DNA of 24,551 bases from a virus (taxonomy: Duplodnaviria; Heunggongvirae; Uroviricota; Caudoviricetes), in the IMG/VR virus record IMGVR_UViG_2545824713_000005; one strand, written 5' to 3'. Made by a program: the position numbers and the translations under genes. Under the pieces are notes generated by a model. The model did no database searches. It had not been told where the DNA came from and saw nothing but the letters and a program-made list of their open reading frames with translations. This document shows, one piece after another, positions 1 to 7,901 of this stretch (the stretch's first letter is position 1; each line of letters opens with the position of its first letter).

Positions 1-2
1 CG

Positions 3-176
3 GAGGTAATACACCGTAAGAGCTGGAAAAACCGTGCAGAAGTGGAACTGGCCACACTCACGTGGGTGGACTGGTATAACAATCGACGATTGCTGGAAAG
101 GCTGGGCCATACTCCTCCGGCAGAAGCAGAAAAAGCTTATTATGCTTCCATCGGAAACGATGATCTGGCAGCCTGA
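3..176 (+). CDS. IS3-family (rve/DDE) transposase OrfB, C-terminal fragment, 5' end cut by window edge
   Basis: Frame-3 translation ends ...ELATLTWVDWYNNRRLLERLGHTPPAEAEKAYYASIGNDDLAA, stop TGA 174-176. The WYNxxR...LG...P.E tail is typical of rve-domain IS transposases. Exact IS not identified and its outer end not located. Confidence 0.55.
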   Translation, partial: EVIHRKSWKNRAEVELATLTWVDWYNNRRLLERLGHTPPAEAEKAYYASIGNDDLAA

Positions 177-529
177 GTTCACAGATAAAACACTCTCCAG
201 GAAACCCGGGGCGGTTCATTTCGATTAATGGAGGTCCCTTGCACAGATGGCAATCATGCTCAATGTCAAATTGCCATACAGGGCTTGCGATTCAGGGCGG
301 TATTAGAGCTGCTAATGATCCTTTGTATTGCGCCTAAATCCACTAAATTGATTTTCAACAATCAACTTGCCATAATTAAGTCACCGGAGTTTGAACTCCT
401 CCGGTGACTTCTGCGCTAAACGGGGACGTTTATGCGCACATACAATCCAACCTCTCTTCTCCATTCACAGATGCAGAAATGCACCTGCGATATTTTGCAT
501 CCAGCGTTTGATCTCTGCGGAGGTGAAGC

Positions 530-985
530 GTGAACCTCCCACAAGATGGTATCAAATTGCATCGCGGTAACTTCACCGCTATCGGTCGGCAGATCCAGCC
601 TTATCTGGAGGACGGCAAATGCTTTCGCATGGTGCTTAAACCGTGGCGCGAGAGACGCAGTCTTTCCCAGAATGCACTCAGCCACATGTGGTACAGCGAA
701 ATCAGTGAATACCTCATCAGCAAGGGTAAAACGTTCGCCACTCCAGCTTGGGTAAAAGATGCTCTCAAACACACATATCTCGGTTATGAAACCAAAGACC
801 TGGTTGATGTCGTAACCGGTGATATCACCACTATCCAGTCGTTACGCCATACCTCCGATCTTGATACCGGAGAGATGTATGTCTTCCTGTGTAAGGTTGA
901 AGCCTGGGCGATGAATATTGGCTGCCACCTGACTATTCCGCAGAGCTGCGAGTTCCAGCAGCTCCGCGACAAACAGGAGGCGTAA
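530..985 (+). CDS. ybcN: DLP12-type nin-region protein YbcN (DUF1367, reported DNA base-flipping protein)
   Basis: 151-aa [18 protein letters not shown]...[21 protein letters not shown]; recalled as matching E. coli YbcN; sits upstream of ninE/ybcO/rusA as in DLP12. Confidence 0.8.
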   Translation: MNLPQDGIKLHRGNFTAIGRQIQPYLEDGKCFRMVLKPWRERRSLSQNALSHMWYSEISEYLISKGKTFATPAWVKDALKHTYLGYETKDLVDVVTGDITTIQSLRHTSDLDTGEMYVFLCKVEAWAMNIGCHLTIPQSCEFQQLRDKQEA

Positions 986-1155
986 TGGCTACACCGCTTA
1001 TTCGTGTCATGAACGGACACATCTACAGAGTACCAAATCGTCGTAAGCGTAAACCGGAGCTGAAGCCTTCCGAAATACCAACACTGCTCGGATATACCGC
1101 CAGCCTGGTTGATAAAAAATGGTTGCGACTGGCAGCAAGGAGGAATCATGGCTGA
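985..1155 (+). CDS. ninE: NinE-like small protein (56 aa)
   Basis: [59 protein letters not shown], below the ORF-track size cutoff. ATG overlaps the ybcN stop (TAATG) and the 3' end overlaps the ybcO start. Confidence 0.65.
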   Translation: MATPLIRVMNGHIYRVPNRRKRKPELKPSEIPTLLGYTASLVDKKWLRLAARRNHG

Positions 1156-1438
1156 TTTGAGAAAAGCAGCGCGTAGTCGGGAATGCCAGGTAAGAATCCC
1201 TGGCGTATGTAATGGCAACCCTGAAACGTCTGTACTGGCACATATCCGGCTGACTGGATTGTGCGGCACCGGTACCAAACCGCCAGACCTGATTGCCACC
1301 ATTGCATGTTCTGCCTGCCACGACGAAATCGACCGCCGCACACATTTTGTCGATGCTGCATATGCAAAAGAATGCGCGCTGGAAGGTATGGCGAGAACAC
1401 AGGTTATCTGGCTGAAAGAGGGGGTTATTAAGGCGTGA
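1148..1438 (+). CDS. ybcO: YbcO-like protein (DUF1364, Cys-rich putative nuclease)
   Basis: Start taken at internal ATG ([25 protein letters not shown]...) preceded by AGGAGG; 96 aa with CxxxC and CxxC motifs; the track ORF 1109-1438 is an upstream extension. Confidence 0.8.
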   Translation: MADLRKAARSRECQVRIPGVCNGNPETSVLAHIRLTGLCGTGTKPPDLIATIACSACHDEIDRRTHFVDAAYAKECALEGMARTQVIWLKEGVIKA

Positions 1439-1797
1439 ATACCTACAGCATCACATTACCCTGGCCTCCGAGCAATAATCGCTATTACCGCCATAATCGC
1501 GGGCGCACGCACGTCAGCGCAGAGGGGCAGGCATACCGCGATAACGTCGCCCGAATCATTAAAAACGCAATGCTGGATATCGGCCTGGCTATGCCTGTGA
1601 AAATCCGCATTGAGTGCCACATGCCGGATCGCCGTCGCCGTGACCTGGATAATCTGCAAAAAGCCGCTTTTGACGCACTCACTAAAGCAGGTTTCTGGCT
1701 GGATGATGCTCAGGTCGTTGATTACCGCGTTGTGAAGATGCCGGTTGTCAAAGGTGGAAAGCTGGAACTGACCATCACTGAACTGGGAGATGAATGA
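1435..1797 (+). CDS. rusA: RusA Holliday-junction resolvase
   Basis: 120-aa [45 protein letters not shown]...[28 protein letters not shown] recalled as near-identical to E. coli RusA; GTG start overlaps ybcO stop (GTGA). Confidence 0.9.
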   Translation: MNTYSITLPWPPSNNRYYRHNRGRTHVSAEGQAYRDNVARIIKNAMLDIGLAMPVKIRIECHMPDRRRRDLDNLQKAAFDALTKAGFWLDDAQVVDYRVVKMPVVKGGKLELTITELGDE

Positions 1798-1934
1798 TGT
1801 TTGAGTTTTATATGGCAGAACTTCTTCGCCACCGCTGGATGCGCCTGCGCTTATATCGTTTCCCCGGTTCTGTTTTGACCGATTACCGAATACTGAAGAA
1901 TTACGCCAAAACACTGACAGGAGCAGGAGTATGA
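1797..1934 (+). CDS. ylcG: YlcG-like small protein (45 aa)
   Basis: [48 protein letters not shown]; ATG overlaps rusA stop (TGATG); conserved position between rusA and Q in DLP12-like prophages. Confidence 0.6.
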   Translation: MFEFYMAELLRHRWMRLRLYRFPGSVLTDYRILKNYAKTLTGAGV

Positions 1935-2019
1935 AGTCAGAGATAACAATCAACTAATACTGTTTTGTTGATTTTTGCTTGTAATTGGCGTTCTGGTCTG
2001 ATTTTTGTGGAGTAAGTTG

Positions 2020-2403
2020 ATGCGTGATATTCAGATGGTTCTTGAGCGTTGGGGAGCGTGGGCGGCTAATAATCATGAAGATGTGACCTGGTCGTCCATT
2101 GCCGCCGGTTTTAAGGGATTAATTACTTCAAAAGTAAAATCTCGCCCGCAATGTTGTGACGATGACGCGATGATTATTTGCGGGTGCATGGCCCGTCTGA
2201 AAAAGAACAACAGCGATTTGCACGATTTATTAGTAGATTATTATGTAGTCGGTATGACATTCATGTCACTGGCAGGTAAGCATTGCTGCTCTGATGGTTA
2301 TATCGGGAAAAGGTTACAGAAGGCTGAGGGCATAATTGAAGGGATGTTAATGGCATTAGATATCCGGTTAGAGATGGATATCGTTGTTAATAACTCTAAT
2401 TAA
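2020..2403 (+). CDS. quuD: Q-family late-gene antiterminator (QuuD-like, 127 aa)
   Basis: In-frame ATG inside track ORF 2005-2403: [24 protein letters not shown]...[16 protein letters not shown]...; Cys-rich zinc-binding motifs; position after rusA/ylcG. Confidence 0.85.
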   Translation: MRDIQMVLERWGAWAANNHEDVTWSSIAAGFKGLITSKVKSRPQCCDDDAMIICGCMARLKKNNSDLHDLLVDYYVVGMTFMSLAGKHCCSDGYIGKRLQKAEGIIEGMLMALDIRLEMDIVVNNSN

Positions 2404-2417
2404 TATGCCAATTGTTT

Positions 2418-2454
2418 ACTAAAAATTATTAAAAATGGGGCGTTGAGACGCCCC
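2418..2454 (-). terminator. Candidate intrinsic terminator for leftward (nmpC) transcription
   Basis: 7-bp GC stem GGGGCGT/ACGCCCC with 4-nt loop at 2437-2454; on the minus strand it is followed by a T-rich run (complement of AAAAATTATTAAAAAT). Confidence 0.45.
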
Positions 2455-2520
2455 CAAAAATAAAGGGTAATATATAACAGAAGGTTTATATAGTTAGAAG
2501 CAAGGTTGTGCTCCTAAAGG

Positions 2521-2581
2521 AAGTGGCTTGAGGGAGCCACTTATATGTTGGGGAGGCAAAGCCTCCCGCAACATATCTTTT
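2521..2581 (+). terminator. Two adjacent hairpins between quuD and the nmpC 3' end; candidate rightward terminator
   Basis: Hairpin AAGTGGCT-TGAGGG-AGCCACTT (2521-2542), then a long hairpin with inner stem GGGAGGC-AAA-GCCTCCC (2543-2576) followed by CTTTT on the plus strand. Confidence 0.35.
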
Positions 2582-2591
2582 AGTAATCAAA

Positions 2592-3674
2592 TTAGAACTG
2601 GTAAACCATACCTACAGCAACGATATCATCGGTAGCAACGCCAGATGCTTTCGTGAAATCGCTCTTATCAATCAGGTTGATTTTGTAATCAACAAAAGTG
2701 GACATATTTTTGTTGAAGTAATAGGTTGCACCTACATCAATATATTCAACCAGGTCCTGATCACCCCACGCACCCAAGTCTTTTCCTTTAGATTGCAGGT
2801 AAGCAACGGACGGACGCAGACCGAAGTCGAACTGATATTGTGCAACTACTTCGAAGTTTTGTGCTTTGTTGGCAATATGGTTATTACCAAAAACAGTCAT
2901 GTTCTGGGTTTCAGAATAGGTGGTAGCCAGATAGATGTTGTTCGCATCATATTTCAGACCAGCTGCCCATACTTCAGCATTTTGACCAGATGCATTCAGG
3001 CTGTTGTTACCGTAGATAACCTGATTATTAGTGCGGTCAGATTTAGCATAGGTTGCACCTACACCGAATCCTTCATACTCATAAGTAGTGGAGAAACCGA
3101 AACCATCACCATTAGCTTCAGTTACGTCAGTGCGGTCATTTTTACCCTGATACTGAGCAGCAAAGTTCAGACCATCAACCAGACCAAAGAAGTCATTGTT
3201 ACGATAAGTTGCAACACCTGTGGTGCGACCAGTCATGAATACATCTGTTTGGGTCCAGGTATCGCCACCGAATTCTGGCAGAACGTCGGTCCATGCACCA
3301 ATATCGTATGCTACACCGTAGTTACGGCCATAATCGATGGAGCCGTAGTCACCGAATTTCAGGCCAGCGAAGGCAAGACGGGTTTTATCTTTGGAGGAAC
3401 CTTGAGATTCAGCGCGGTTGCCTTTGAATTCATATTCCCACTGACCGAAACCAGTCAGTTGATCGTTGATTTGGGTTTCACCTTTGAAGCCAAGACGGGC
3501 ATAAGTAGTATCACCATCATCTGCATCATTAGAGGAGAAGTAGTGCTTAGCATTAACTTTCCCGTACAGATCCAGCTTGTTACTGTCTTTATTATAAATT
3601 TCAGCTGCCTGAGCAGACATCGCCATCAGTACTGATGCAGCTACAGCAGAAATTGCCACTGTTAATTTTTTCAT
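2592..3674 (-). CDS. nmpC: Outer-membrane general porin, NmpC/Lc (OmpC/OmpF family), apparently intact
   Basis: 360-aa protein from [23 protein letters not shown] (signal peptide) AEIYNK... to C-terminal ...VGMVYQF (terminal Phe, typical beta-barrel OMP). The track ORF 2592-3734 is an upstream extension. No IS interruption seen. Confidence 0.9.
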   Translation of the reverse strand: MKKLTVAISAVAASVLMAMSAQAAEIYNKDSNKLDLYGKVNAKHYFSSNDADDGDTTYARLGFKGETQINDQLTGFGQWEYEFKGNRAESQGSSKDKTRLAFAGLKFGDYGSIDYGRNYGVAYDIGAWTDVLPEFGGDTWTQTDVFMTGRTTGVATYRNNDFFGLVDGLNFAAQYQGKNDRTDVTEANGDGFGFSTTYEYEGFGVGATYAKSDRTNNQVIYGNNSLNASGQNAEVWAAGLKYDANNIYLATTYSETQNMTVFGNNHIANKAQNFEVVAQYQFDFGLRPSVAYLQSKGKDLGAWGDQDLVEYIDVGATYYFNKNMSTFVDYKINLIDKSDFTKASGVATDDIVAVGMVYQF

Positions 3675-3734
3675 CGTGAGCCCTTTTTTTGAACTATTAT
3701 TAAAAAATGATGTCACTGCGCGATAAATATTCAT

Positions 3735-4099
3735 CTAATCAATGTGATTATTTCAAGATGTAAGTTTTGGTTTCTCATTTGATTTGTGAAGTAGATCTCT
3801 ATTTTTATCTGAACTTTTTCTATCGAATCCTATTCATGGCTCTTGGCTGAATAAAAATAAATCTATTGGCCAATTTATATTAATGGCTGTTATTTATAAG
3901 TGCTCTATAATTTGAAGGTTCAATTTAAACCAGCTAAAAATAACGCTGGAAATTATTTGTTGGTTATTTGTTGAGATTTGCTTATGTATTTGTAGTGGTG
4001 TTTTCAATACTCGGTAGCATTCTCGCAAATATCATTTAGTGGTTTACGTACGTAAAAAATTGGTTATGCTGTTAAGAGTGGTTACTTCGTCACACAGCT
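3735..4099. promoter_or_regulatory. AT-rich intergenic region: nmpC promoter/upstream region plus a candidate displaced late promoter (PR'-like, -10 TATAAT at 3906-3911)
   Basis: About 360 bp non-coding and strongly AT-rich upstream of nmpC on the minus strand; a perfect TATAAT on the plus strand lies about 195 bp before the hairpin at 4101-4133; -35 is weak. Confidence 0.35.
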
Positions 4100-4100
4100 T

Positions 4101-4133
4101 AAACCCGCCGTCGAGCGGGTTTTTCCATTTTTT
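4101..4133 (+). terminator. Intrinsic terminator upstream of the lysis genes (tR'-like)
   Basis: 8-bp stem AAACCCGC/GCGGGTTT with 6-nt loop, followed by TTTTTCCATTTTTT; about 130 bp upstream of the holin start. Confidence 0.55.
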
Positions 4134-4261
4134 GAGTCTCGATATTAGCTGATAACCCAATACCTGAGTTATTCACTGACTCCGAGTCTGTTACGTTTCT
4201 GCTTTTTTGCGATACGTTGTATTCCCTCAATTTACACCCGCTTTGTCTGCGAGGTGGGGTT

Positions 4262-4477
4262 ATGAAATCCATGGATAAGTTAACAACGGGTGTCGCCTAT
4301 GGCACCTCAGCAGGTAGTGCCGGTTACTGGTTTTTACAGCTGCTCGATAAAGTCACGCCCTCACAGTGGGCAGCAATAGGTGTGCTGGGTAGCTTGGTAT
4401 TTGGCCTGCTGACGTACCTGACAAACCTTTATTTCAAGATTAAAGAAGATAAGCGCAAGGCTGCGAGAGGTGAATAA
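4262..4477 (+). CDS. essD: Phage-21-type class II holin (pinholin) with dual-start motif
   Basis: 71-aa [71 protein letters not shown]; two TM segments; Met1-Lys-Ser-Met4 dual start; GAGGTGGGG RBS. Confidence 0.85.
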
Positions 4478-4974
4478 TGCCTCCATCATTACGAAAAGCC
4501 GTTGCTGCTGCTATTGGTGGCGGAGCAATTGCTATAGCATCAGTGTTAATCACTGGCCCAAGTGGTAACGATGGTCTGGAAGGTGTCAGCTACATACCAT
4601 ACAAAGATATCGTTGGCGTATGGACTGTATGTCACGGGCATACAGGAAAAGACATCATTCCCGGTAAAACGTATACCGAAGCAGAATGCAAAGCCCTCCT
4701 GAATAAAGACCTTGCCACGGTCGCCAGACAAATTAACCCGTACATCAAAGTCGATATACCGGAAACAACGCGCGGCGCTCTTTATTCGTTCGTCTATAAC
4801 GTGGGCGCAGGCAATTTCAGAACATCGACGCTTCTTCGCAAAATCAACCAGGGCGATATCAATGGCGCATGTGACCAGCTACGTCGCTGGACATACGCTG
4901 GCGGTAAGCAATGGAAAGGGCTGATGACTCGCCGTGAGATTGAGCGTGAAGTCTGTTTGTGGGGGCAGCAATGA
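4477..4974 (+). CDS. rrrD: SAR endolysin (lysozyme, R21-like)
   Basis: 165 aa; N-terminal signal-anchor-release segment [20 protein letters not shown], then lysozyme core (EG.SY...D..G.WT); start overlaps holin stop (TAATG). Confidence 0.85.
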   Translation: MPPSLRKAVAAAIGGGAIAIASVLITGPSGNDGLEGVSYIPYKDIVGVWTVCHGHTGKDIIPGKTYTEAECKALLNKDLATVARQINPYIKVDIPETTRGALYSFVYNVGAGNFRTSTLLRKINQGDINGACDQLRRWTYAGGKQWKGLMTRREIEREVCLWGQQ

Positions 4975-5438
4975 GCAGAGTAACCGCGATTATCTCCGCT
5001 CTGGTTATCTGCATCATCGTCTGCCTGTCATGGGCTGTTAATCATTACCGTGATAACGCCATCGCCTATAAAGAACAGCGTGATAAAAAAGTCAGTGAAC
5101 TGGAGAAGGCGAACGCCACCATTACTGACATGCAGCAGCGCCAGCGTGATGCTGATGCACTCGATGATAAATACACGAAGGAGTTAGCTGATGCGAAAGC
5201 TGAAAATGATGCTCTTCGGCGCAAGCTTGATAATGGTGGTCGGGTGCTCGTCAAAGGAAAATGCCCTGTGCCATCCTCAGCCGAAACCTCCAGCGCCTCC
5301 GGCATGGGCAATGATGCCACCGTCGAACTCTCTCCAGTTGCTGGACGAAACGTTCTCGGTATCCGGGACGGAATTATCCGCGACCAAACAGCACTGAGAA
5401 CGCTTCAGGAATACATCAGGACGCAATGCCTTCGATGA
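4971..5438 (+). CDS. rzpD: Rz-like inner-membrane spanin (i-spanin)
   Basis: Start at [26 protein letters not shown] (N-terminal TM), then charged coiled-coil region; ATGA overlap with endolysin stop. Confidence 0.75.
   Translation: MSRVTAIISALVICIIVCLSWAVNHYRDNAIAYKEQRDKKVSELEKANATITDMQQRQRDADALDDKYTKELADAKAENDALRRKLDNGGRVLVKGKCPVPSSAETSSASGMGNDATVELSPVAGRNVLGIRDGIIRDQTALRTLQEYIRTQCLR
5191..5397 (+). CDS. rzoD: Rz1-like outer-membrane lipoprotein spanin (o-spanin), embedded in the +1 frame of Rz
   Basis: [21 protein letters not shown]: signal peptide with lipobox VVGC, Pro-rich mature part (PQPKPPAPP); wholly nested inside the Rz gene; GAAGGAG RBS. Confidence 0.7.
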   Translation: MRKLKMMLFGASLIMVVGCSSKENALCHPQPKPPAPPAWAMMPPSNSLQLLDETFSVSGTELSATKQH

Positions 5439-5611
5439 TAGCGATAATTTTACTCATCATCCTTCACATCTGGCTCTGTAGACAGGGTGGTGATCACTTC
5501 TGGAGTGAATCCAGATTAAACATCTCATTGCTGATGCTTGATATTGAGCATTTTGCGCGCGGTAAGGGGCTGCGTTGAGATAAGAGCCAGTCATTACAAA
5601 TACCAGGATTT

Positions 5612-5638
5612 AGCCTCGCATTCGCGGGGCTTTTTATT
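5612..5638 (+). terminator. Candidate intrinsic terminator after the lysis cassette
   Basis: Stem AGCCTCGC/GCGGGGCT (one G-U pair) with loop ATTC, followed by TTTTTATT; a second hairpin AAAGCCACT...AGTGGCTTT lies about 20 bp downstream. Confidence 0.5.
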
Positions 5639-5730
5639 GCCATTACAAAAGCCACTTCCTACAGAGTGGCTTTGATAATGGCTTATACCCTACACGGGAT
5701 AACTTAACTGATATCCCTTTTAACGGATAA

Positions 5731-5985
5731 ATGGAGCCAACAATGGCAGAGATTATTCCCATGACTGAAGAACAGAAATTCCAGTTAGAGATTTACAAAC
5801 TGGTCATGAACCAGAACGCAGCCGCAGAAGAAGCATTTCAATTCATTGGCACTGACGAACTGAAGCTTGAGCTATTCAAAATTCACTTCCAGTCAGGCGG
5901 CGCTAATTCAGATATCACGATCCGCACATTCGAAGCGGTGCGTAAATCTAAGGAAGCGTTAGACCTGTTCACCACCGGAGCATAA
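5731..5985 (+). CDS. Hypothetical small acidic protein (80-84 aa)
   Basis: ORF MEPTMAEIIPMTEEQKFQLEIYKLV...; the second ATG (5743) has the better RBS (GGAG). No family recognised. Confidence 0.45.
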   Translation: MEPTMAEIIPMTEEQKFQLEIYKLVMNQNAAAEEAFQFIGTDELKLELFKIHFQSGGANSDITIRTFEAVRKSKEALDLFTTGA

Positions 5986-6064
5986 ACATGGCAACTCAAG
6001 GTTTCGACAACCCATCCAAATTCCGCGATGAATGGGATAAGCAAGCAGAAGGGAAATAATCAAT

Positions 6065-6490
6065 ATGGCGACTGAGAAAAAGAATGTCGGTCGCCCTTCG
6101 GATTACCTGCCGGAGGTGGCTGATGATATCTGTGCGCTGCTTGCCTCCGGGGAAAGTCTGGTTAAGGTTTGCAAGCGCCCAGGCATGCCAGCAAAGGCTA
6201 CTGTATTTCGCTGGCTGTCAGAGCATGAAGAATTTAGAGACAAGTACGCGAAGGCAACTGAGGCACGAGCTGATTCTATTTTCGAAGAGATATTCGAAAT
6301 TGCTGACACTGCGATTCCAGATGCTGCTGAGGTGGCAAAGGCAAGACTTCGCGTTGATACCCGCAAATGGGCGCTGGCCCGAATGAATCCCCGTAAGTAT
6401 GGCGACAAGGTAACTAACGAGCTTGTCGGCAAAGACGGCGGCGCAATCCAGATTGAAACATCACCGATGAGCACTCTATTCGGAAAATGA
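6065..6490 (+). CDS. Terminase small subunit (Sf6 gp1-like, 141 aa)
   Basis: MATEKKNVGRPSDYLPEVADDICALLASGESLVKVCKRPGMPAKATVFRWL... HTH-type small terminase; length matches the recalled Sf6 gp1; lies immediately upstream of the large terminase. Confidence 0.85.
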   Translation: MATEKKNVGRPSDYLPEVADDICALLASGESLVKVCKRPGMPAKATVFRWLSEHEEFRDKYAKATEARADSIFEEIFEIADTAIPDAAEVAKARLRVDTRKWALARMNPRKYGDKVTNELVGKDGGAIQIETSPMSTLFGK

Positions 6491-7899
6491 CCTCGATTAA
6501 TCCTATCTTTGAACCGTTCATTGAGGCGCATCGCTACAAAGTCGCCAAAGGCGGTCGAGGTAGCGGTAAATCATGGGCAATTGCGAGACTGCTTGTTGAA
6601 GCGGCGCGTCGGCAGCCAGTGCGTATTCTCTGTGCTCGTGAACTGCAAAACAGTATCAGCGATTCGGTAATCCGGCTGCTTGAAGACACCATAGAGCGTG
6701 AAGGGTATACGGCTGAGTTTGAAATTCAGCGTTCCATGATTCGTCATCTCGGAACGAATGCTGAGTTCATGTTCTACGGCATCAAAAACAACCCGACGAA
6801 GATTAAATCGCTCGAAGGCATTGATATCTGCTGGGTGGAAGAAGCGGAAGCGGTAACGAAGGAATCATGGGATATCCTGATACCAACCATCCGCAAGCCA
6901 TTTTCCGAAATATGGGTGAGCTTCAACCCGAAAAACATCCTCGACGATACCTATCAGCGATTCGTTGTAAATCCTCCCGATGATATTTGTCTGCTGACGG
7001 TGAACTACACCGACAACCCGCACTTTCCTGAAGTTCTCCGTCTGGAGATGGAAGAGTGCAAACGCAGAAATCCGACACTGTATCGTCACATCTGGCTTGG
7101 TGAGCCAGTGAGCGCAAGTGATATGGCAATCATCAAACGTGAATGGCTTGAAGCCGCAACCGATGCGCACAAGAAACTCGGATGGAAAGCGAAAGGCGCT
7201 GTTGTCTCTGCGCATGATCCATCAGATACAGGGCCAGATGCTAAAGGTTACGCATCGCGTCACGGTTCGGTAGTTAAGCGTATTGCCGAAGGTCTGCTGA
7301 TGGACATCAACGAGGGCGCTGATTGGGCTACTTCGCTGGCGATTGAAGACGGCGCTGACCATTACCTGTGGGATGGTGATGGTGTTGGTGCCGGGCTACG
7401 CAGACAGACAACAGAAGCGTTCTCCGGCAAGAAAATCACCGCCACGATGTTCAAGGGCAGCGAATCGCCATTCGATGAAGGTGCACCATATCAGGCCGGA
7501 GCATGGGCTGATGAAGTCGTGCAGGGCGACAACGTTCGCACTATTGGCGATGTGTTCCGTAATAAGCGAGCGCAATTCTATTACGCGCTGGCTGACAGGC
7601 TGTATCTGACATATCGGGCGGTTGTCCACGGTGAGTATGCAGACCCCGACGACATGCTGAGTTTCGACAAAGAAGCGATAGGCGAGAAGATGCTGGAGAA
7701 GCTGTTTGCAGAACTGACGCAGATTCAGCGCAAATTCAATAACAACGGGAAGCTGGAGCTAATGACTAAGGTCGAAATGAAGCAGAAGCTCGGTATTCCA
7801 TCTCCTAACCTGGCTGATGCGCTGATGATGTGTATGCATTGCCCGGCATTGGTCCGCGAAGAAACAGAAATATACGTCCCCTCATCCTCCGGTTGGTAA
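6487..7899 (+). CDS. Terminase large subunit (ATPase/nuclease)
   Basis: 470 aa; Walker A VAKGGRGSGKSWAIA near the N-terminus; ATGA overlap with the small terminase stop. Confidence 0.9.
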   Translation: MTSINPIFEPFIEAHRYKVAKGGRGSGKSWAIARLLVEAARRQPVRILCARELQNSISDSVIRLLEDTIEREGYTAEFEIQRSMIRHLGTNAEFMFYGIKNNPTKIKSLEGIDICWVEEAEAVTKESWDILIPTIRKPFSEIWVSFNPKNILDDTYQRFVVNPPDDICLLTVNYTDNPHFPEVLRLEMEECKRRNPTLYRHIWLGEPVSASDMAIIKREWLEAATDAHKKLGWKAKGAVVSAHDPSDTGPDAKGYASRHGSVVKRIAEGLLMDINEGADWATSLAIEDGADHYLWDGDGVGAGLRRQTTEAFSGKKITATMFKGSESPFDEGAPYQAGAWADEVVQGDNVRTIGDVFRNKRAQFYYALADRLYLTYRAVVHGEYADPDDMLSFDKEAIGEKMLEKLFAELTQIQRKFNNNGKLELMTKVEMKQKLGIPSPNLADALMMCMHCPALVREETEIYVPSSSGW

Positions 7900-7901
7900 A
7901 C

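Noticed and set aside
34-228. 64-aa plus-strand ORF at the left edge
   Set aside because: Overlaps in another frame the transposase C-terminal reading frame (3-176), which carries a recognisable rve-type motif; no RBS; likely spurious.
416-772. 118-aa minus-strand ORF
   Set aside because: Antisense to ybcN with no independent signals; treated as a non-coding shadow ORF.
784-1400. Minus-strand ORFs of 185, 112 and 84 aa across ninE/ybcO
   Set aside because: Lie antisense to a tightly packed run of conserved nin genes; Cys/Arg/Trp-rich translations typical of antisense frames.
2793-3635. 280-aa plus-strand ORF inside the porin gene
   Set aside because: Exactly antisense to nmpC, whose product is unambiguous; shadow ORF.
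7830-7901. Upstream extension of the portal ORF overlapping the large terminase 3' end
   Set aside because: The ATG at 7902 directly follows the terL stop and gives a 708-aa portal matching the expected length; the extension is probably not translated.
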